Made by a program: the position numbers and the translations under genes. Shown here piece by piece: positions 57,135 through 64,000 of a stretch of 64,000 nt of DNA (position 1 is its first letter; every line of letters begins with the position of its first letter). Location: positions 2,542,001 to 2,606,000 of the forward strand of contig OZ218963.1 in assembly GCA_965112735.1 (NCBI GenBank), written 5' to 3'. The stretch is from Phaeosaccion multiseriatum (taxonomy: Eukaryota; Protista; Ochrophyta, other classes). The notes under the pieces were generated by a model. The model ran no database searches, was not told the DNA's origin, and worked only from the letters and a program-made list of their open reading frames with translations.

Positions 57135-59927
57135 GGCAACGTCGGGAGATTCGAACCCTCGTACCCCAGCACAATCGCAGTCGCTGGGCGCTTGTTTGCC
57201 GCATTCCGCGTCAAGGGGGGAGGGCATGGCGGACGCCTCAGCTCCATCAGCATCTGACGAGGTGGCAAGCGGGGAGGACGAGGAGGACGACTCTGCAGCA
57301 GAGGGTGATTTAACCTATGGGATCTTAGGCTTGGCCAGTGGCATCAGGGGCGCTGGTAGATCAGGAGGAGGGGACAGCCCAAGTCTTCCCCTTTCCCCCG
57401 CAGGCCAACTGGAAGAGGAAGTGGGAGACATGGCAACCCGATTGCCGTCGTCTCCGGCTTAAGTGCCCGGAGCAGCAGGCGCCGCAGTCGGCAGTTGGGG
57501 AGGTTGAGTGCGCGGCGGCACCCGTTGCGCAACACGAGTCTGTCTGGATGGATGCAAGGGGTTTGGAGCGGGTGCGTGCGTGTGCGCTCCCGGAACAGCG
57601 CGCACTGCATCCCCGGCTCTGGGTCGAGAGCGCGGCGAAGGAGCGGCAACAGCGGCTGGGCCAGCAGCAGCAGCAGCTGCAGCAGTAGCCGGCGGGACCG
57701 CAGGTGCAACTGGCGCAGCAGCAGGGTCCTGCTGTCGAGGCAGTCGTCCAGGTTGCCGAGCAGCAGCCACAGGTGGCGGGGGGGCAGCCGGAGCAATTGG
57801 AGCAGCAGCAGGGTCATGCTGTCGAGGCTGCCGTCCAGGTTGCAAAAGCCAGCCCACCGCCAAGCGATGAGCTTCAGCCTCAGCAGCTGTGCTCCCTGGT
57901 GACGCCTCGACAGGCCAAGGCCATGGGCCTCGTGCGGGCTTTGCCTCTCGGGGCAGCATCTCTTCCGCCATTCACTCCCACGGGGGAACATGAACAGTGG
58001 GCGTGGCAGGCTCAGCTTCAGCAGCAGGAGGAGGTTCAGCTTCAGCAGCAGGAGCAGAGCCTTCGGACCCTGCCGCTGACGTCTCCAGCGGTGCCTCCGG
58101 CGGAGGGGCGGAGCAGGACTGAGCAGAGGGTGGCAGCAAAGTGGTTGAGACGGCGTGCCCAGCAGGCGAAGGCAGCGCTGCGCAAGGGTGACGAGCAGGC
58201 GGCACAGGAGCAGCAGGATGCAGCGAGGCGCGCAGTGGCTCTTCGACTGCGGGTACGGAGGAAGCAGCGGAGGCAGCGTGCTCGTGCGACAGCAGCAGCA
58301 CAGCAGCATCAGCAGGAGGCTGCTTTCACGGCTGTGTTGACGGAGGAGGCGGGGCTGCACACGCTTGCCGTTGATCCGTTTGTGCGTGCTTGTCATGCAG
58401 TAGCTTTGGAGCCTGGCGCGGGAGTCGCTCTGCTCAAGGAGCCCCCCAGTCCGGGAGCTTGTGCCTGTGCGTCGGCTGTTGACAGTGAGTGTGATATGTG
58501 CGAGGGGTGTGTGCAACGCGCTGCCTTGGCTCTCTACCGTGTGCGGATGGAGGACGCTCCGGGGGGGGTGGCCGCCTTGCAGACAGCAGTGCGGCGAGCC
58601 GAGATTGCCGAAGCGGTGGCTGCCACGGGTCGTACGGCAGTCCCAGTAGGGCGGGGTCACACGATCGAGGTTACGGTACGCTCGCCAGTGAAGGTCAGTG
58701 ACGCTCGGCATTGCTTGGCTGCTACCGCTCCACGGGATGCCAGTGCAGCCGACGCCGTGGAGAAGAGCGCCTTTACAGCCTTGATGGACAGTGGGTGCAC
58801 AGGAGCGGGCTGCATCTCGACAGCCTGCTTCAATCAACTGGTTTCGGATGGCACGGTGGAGCGGTCAGAGCTCGCCACGCAGAAGGGGGTGCAGGTGTCT
58901 TACGCTGACAATCGTGCCAAGACTATGTCCAGAGGGCTTGTTTGGCTCCAGGTGGGACTCACGCCGACGTGCCAGCCGGTGCTACCCTTTCATGTGGTGG
59001 ACCACTTGGCGCGGCCCATCTTCTTGGGGCAGGATTTCTTCACCCAAGTAGGGGCAGTCGTCGATCATCGTGCGAAGCAGCTCTACGTACTTCCGACTCC
59101 TTCGGAGGAGGCACGTCGGATGCTCGTCCGTCCGATGCCTTGGCTGTGCAAGTGCTGGCAGTGGTGGACGGCAACGCTGCTGTTGGGGGGGTACGTGCTG
59201 TGGAGGCTTTGAGCTTGGGACCTGGACAGACGGGGTCCCTTCGCCTCGAGCTTACGGGCATCGGTGAGGGTGTCCAGGCGGTGGTGGAGCTGGGCGCTCA
59301 CGGACACTTGGCAGCGGAGGCGGACGTTCTCTGGTGGCTGGAGCACGAGCAGGTTCTAGTGGCGCACAAAGATGGTGTGTATGCTGGGGGGCAGAGTTAC
59401 CGAATCATAGTGCAGAATCACCACAATCAGGTCATTGTGGTCGTTCCTGGGCAGGTCATCGGCACTGCTTCTTGCTTGCTCGACTCGGAGGCGTGTACTG
59501 AGGTGGCCGCGCTCATGCTCGCTGAGCCGGCTTCTTCAGATACCGTGCCGGAGACTGCAGCGGCCCCCTCCTCCTGGCTTGGTGCTCTTGGCGGGATGGT
59601 GAGGCGTGCGGTGACGCGCAGGCTGCCATGGTCCAAGGCGCGGGAGGCGGTTGAGTCTGTGGTGGAGGAGGAGGTGTCGCTGCAGCCGTCTGAAGCTGAA
59701 GCAGGAGCTGAGCAGGTCTGGTACCCACCGCAGGGGCCTGTAATTCGCTGCTCGGTAGTACCAGAGGAGGCTGAGCTGGGGGCTACGGCGCTTCCGCTGC
59801 AAGCTGTGCCGGTGCAGGCCCTGACGCACCCACGGACTGAGGTGGGGGTGCCATCGACTCTGGTGCCTCAGCCGACAGTGAAGGCCCGGTTTCAGCATTT
59901 GCAGCGCCGAGGCAAGAAGGGGAGTCA

Positions 59928-60546
59928 TGTTAGAAGTCGTACGTTTGCTAGACTGATACCTGCCCTCTGAATTCAGACCGGGAGGTATCAGTCTAGCAAA
60001 AGTACGACTTCTAACAAGACCGTTGCTAGAGGACGAACCCCCCCCCCCCACCGCACATAGTGGAGAGAAGTAACTCGCAGTCTGAGAATCAGCATCATGG
60101 GCCAGCAAGCTGGTGTGGTGGAGCTGGGTTAGGCTCAATTACGTATTATTAGGTAGGCAGGACAGTAAGTCAATGATGTGGGGACGCGGCCTTTTTGGGG
60201 CCTGGTTGGCCCCTCCGCACTCCTGAACCCGTAAAGACCAATTGGATTGCTTCCTTAAACAAGGGAGCTGTCCAGGGTCTTAGGGTGGGATAGCCCTAGT
60301 CATTAATACACTTGGTGCCAGCATTGGACTCTTATCTCTCCCCTTTTGGGCCCGGAACGGAGCGCTCAGCTTGGGGGTGCCTTCCTCCTCATAATCGAGG
60401 GACGTACCGGCCCCACACTGGTAACAGTTTTCGCCGAAAAATACGCTTTTTCACAAGCGACAGCTAAGGTTCGAACTCACAACTAGCCTTGTTAGAAGTC
60501 ATTCAGACCGGGAGGTATCAGTCTAGCAAAAGTACGACTTCTAACA
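59928..60546. mobile_element. Hairpin-ended element R4, second copy
   Basis: TSD GTCA; same sequence as 42684-43069. Confidence 0.9.
60114..60417 (+). mobile_element. Solo LTR of gypsy family A inside R4
   Basis: TGTGG...CCACA, TSD CTGG. Confidence 0.92.
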
Positions 60547-63500
60547 GTCAGTGTCGTCAGAGTCGAGTGGGTGCTGGGCGGTTGCAGCGGCAACGTCGGA
60601 GAGTGGCATCAATGCTTGTGGAGTCTCCTGTGCTGTGGGACCAGGTTCATCGGCAAGCAGTGTTGGAGCGCCATGAGCAAGTGCGACGACAAGTTTTGCC
60701 GCTGCGACGGGAGCTGTGCGCTGACGGCTCCTGCGCTTGGCATCGCCGAGGGCTTCGTCTCGCTTGGGGGAGCGACTTGGGGCAACGACAGGTGCCGCGG
60801 GAGCGTCGCGTGCCCTTGGCGGCCTCCTGGGGGGGGACAGTGCGAGTGCCGGCCAGACGAGCTGACACACCACGAGTTGACTCGAAGGAGGAGACAGCAG
60901 CATGGTTGGCAACGCAGCAGGCCAAGCGGTTACAAGCGGCACAGCAGCAGGCACGGCAGCAGCGCCAGTGGGCATTGCAGCGACGGCACAAGGCCCAGCG
61001 GGAAGAGCTCTTTTAAGCAAGCGGATTCGTCGGCAGCTCAGCAGGTTCAGCGGTCCAATGCGGTGCAGCAGCAGGTGGCTCCGGCGGCGGTAGCGCGACG
61101 CCGTCAGACACAGTTGCAGGAGCTCCGACCGCCTCGTACAAGCCAGCTGCAGGTCCACCACGTGGCGGTGGCTGATGATTCCACCAGCAGGCCTGCGACA
61201 GGGGCGGCGTCGTCAGTGGCGTCGGAGGAACCGCCACTACGGTCCGAGGCAGGATCATCGTCGGCGGCTGTGGGCACATCATTGACTGACCTACGCGGTG
61301 ATGGGTGGGTACTGGATACGGATGGTGCCTTGCGACTCGGTAGTCAGAGTGACACGTCCGGTGGGACTCTGATGGCAGGAGTGCAGTTGATCAAGGAGTG
61401 GTATCCTCACCTGTCAGAGCGAGTGTATGGACGTCTGCGCGAGTGCTTGGTTGCGGCGGAGGAAGGGGCTGTGACCGCGCTACTGCTCCTGCGCCCCCAT
61501 GTACACCAAGCCGCTGGCACGGGTCTGAGCGGCGTTGGGGACGTTGCTGTGGCAGCATGGGCCCAACAGCTCTTGTCGTTGTGGTCTAGTCGCCCATTAC
61601 AGCAGCAGGAGAAGGTGGAGCAGGATATGACCAATGCGCTGCTGCTCCTTATCCAATTGCGAACGGTGCTGCAGGAGAGTCGCTGTCTTGGTGGGGGAGT
61701 GGAGTCGTGGGATGCAGGAGAGCTTGTGGTGGAGCAGCGGCGCCGTGCCAAGCTCACTACGGAGCGGGCTCAGTTCTGGCTCAGGGAGCTACCGTCGCCC
61801 CTGCACGCTATCACGATTGGCGACGGTGCCTGGACGGAGGTGCAACGCTGGGGACTGGTGGCGATCCTTCGCGCTCGGTCGCAAGCATTCTGTCAGAGGC
61901 CTGGTGACTACGGTCGGACGGATACTCTCTTCTTTGAGTGGGGACTGAAGGATGCGAATCAGCAGCCCATTCGGAGCTCCGCTCGACGGTATCCTCCACA
62001 TTTGCGGCGGGGGATTGAGATTGAGATTGACAAGCTTCTCGCGGCTGCCATCATTCGCCCCAGCACTTCCAGCTGGGCCACTCCGCTGATGGCGGTCTTG
62101 AAGACGGACGCAGCTGGCAAAACCAAGTGTCATGAGGATGGGACGCCTGTGGTACGTATGACGTGTGACTTGTCTCAGCTGAATGATGCGTGTCGCACGG
62201 AGGCCCCTGCGATGCCGGTGATTGATGATCTGCTGGCAGAGATGCGTGGCTCCAAGGTGTTCTCGGTGATGGACATCATGTCGGGCTACTTCAATGTGTC
62301 GATGGCATCAGCAGCGGAAGAGGACATATCCACCTTTGTGTGCCACAGTGGTACTTACGCTTGGCGAGTGATGCCGCAGGGCGCGAAGAATGCGCCTGCA
62401 GTCTTTGTGCGGCTTATGAACAAGGTGCTCAAGGGGCTTCAGGAGCATGTGGCATGCTTTGTGGACGATATTGCTGTGTTTTCGGCTACGGTTGAGCAGC
62501 ATCTGGAGCATTTGGATGCTGTGCTTGCGCGGTTGGTGGAGCACAAGCTCAAGTTGGAGCCGAGTAAGGCTGTATTGGGTGCACCGGAGGTGTGGTTCTG
62601 CGGGCATTTGCTGGATCAGAATGGGGTGCGCACAGACCCGGCCAAGCATGCGGCGGTGCAAGAGCTGGTCAAGCCGTTCAGGTTGCTTGCGAAGGATGGC
62701 GGCGTCAATCGAGTTAAGCAGGTGCGGCGTTTCATTGGCATGCTCAGCTACTTTCGCCGTTTCATTCCGGAGTTTGCGCGCAAAGTGCGGCCTCTCAATG
62801 GGCTGCTGCGTAAGGGCGTCGACGTGAGCACCGCCTGGAATGCCTCGCACGATGCAGCTTGGGATGGACTCGTTGCCGACTTGTTGTCTTCCCCTGCACT
62901 GGCTTTTCCGGAGTACGGGCCAGCGACGACTTTCACCCTGAGTACCGATGCCTCGACGGAGGGGTTAGCAGGAGTGCTCTCTCAGAAAGATGCGACCGGG
63001 GAGGAGCGTGTGGTGACGTTCATCAGTCGGGCTACCACGGAGACGGAGGCGCGACTGAGCAGCACGGAGCTGGAGCTGCTGGCAGTGGTGTGGTGTGTGC
63101 GCAAACTGGCCATGTACATCTGCCACTACCCCACCACAGTGGTGACGGACCATCAGCCCTTGTTGTGGTTGGCTGGGCACAAGGATACCAATTCCAAGCT
63201 GTTCAGATGGTACGAGCGGCTCTCTACGCACCACTTGCAGTTTGTGCATCGTCCCGGGAAGCAAATGGTGGTGCCTGACTGCCTCTCTCGCAACGCGCTT
63301 CCGGTGCAGGAGTGGGCGACGCATGCGGGGGTAGACTTGGCCATGGTTGCGTGCGGGTGGCCGTCGCCCTTGCACACCTGGTGTGCTTCGATGGGGGTGC
63401 AGTTGAACCTGGTGGAGATGGTAGGGGACGAGTGCAGCCTTCATTGGGAGGAGCCCACGGAGGGCGCACTGCTTCGCTTTCTCGCAGTGGCGCAACAGCT

Positions 63501-64000
63501 GCAGGGCGAAGCCGACACACGCCTTCCTATTCCTGTGCCTGCCGTGACGGCCCAGCAACAGCAGCAACGGTGCCACCACCAGCAGCAGAGCGGAGCGGAG
63601 GCCCTACAAGCCTGGCAGACTGCAGAGGTGGACTTGTCGGCGACGCAGTCACGCAAGGGTACTGCTCGGCGTGCTTGGACACAGCGTCTCCAGCAATGTG
63701 GATGGCAGCCTACGCGAGCACCTCAGCTGGGTGTGAAGAAGGCTGTGATAGAGGCCTGGCAGCCGGGTCAGATGCCGCCATTTGTGAGCCACATTTCCGC
63801 AGCGAGGTGCACGTACGTGTCTACGCCGAGGCACGTGCAGGCTCTATCGACTCAGTTGCGCACAGCCAAAGTGGTCGCTATGGATTCGGAGTGGGCGCGT
63901 CACCGACGGCGCGCGTCGCTGCTGCAATTGGCCGTGCAGGTTGGGCCGCTGCCGGATGTGGCGCGTGACTATGGGCTCTTGCTTGATCTAGACGCGCTTC

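Larger units (their letters stand above)
56800..64000 (+). mobile_element. Ty3/gypsy family A: LTR, double PBS, gag/protease, RT, RNase H, DEDDy exonuclease (runs off the edge)
   Basis: LTR 56800-57074; LMDSGC protease; one open frame from ~61017 to 64000 with MPQGAKNAP, FVDD, TDAS, TDHQPL, PDCLSR and then VVAMDSEW..SLLQL at 63871. Confidence 0.9.

Noticed and set aside
59200-59480. dUTPase-like segment after the gypsy protease
   Set aside because: Only a vague resemblance (PGQ..IIVQN..PGQVIG); catalytic motifs not recognisable.

Overview
Eukaryotic genomic DNA with short GT-AG introns; ROCO-type LRR genes suggest a stramenopile/ochrophyte alga (inference). Three zones. (1) 1-~6.6 kb: compact intronless genes (LamG/lectin, thermonuclease, fibre-like protein) with two homologous ~165-bp hairpins, resembling the edge of an endogenous giant-virus insertion. 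(2) ~6.8-31.6 kb: host genes, including three minus-strand genes whose LRR sensors are built from one shared pool of 72-bp phase-1 exons with a conserved ~75-bp intron. These sensors are joined to three different membrane-anchored effectors: ROC-COR GTPase, XK-family scramblase and ZU5-like. The sequence shows cassette exchange between genes and cassette loss, making this the main candidate system: a modular, exon-shuffling immune-receptor family. (3) ~31.6-64 kb: a deeply nested retroelement cluster. It holds two Ty3/gypsy families with a DEDDy 3'-5' exonuclease inside pol, a non-autonomous LTR element that appears to self-prime, elements whose terminal repeats are palindromes, and an LTR with a captured 57-nt tRNA-Ser primer. 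Domain calls come from motif recognition by eye; no searches were run.
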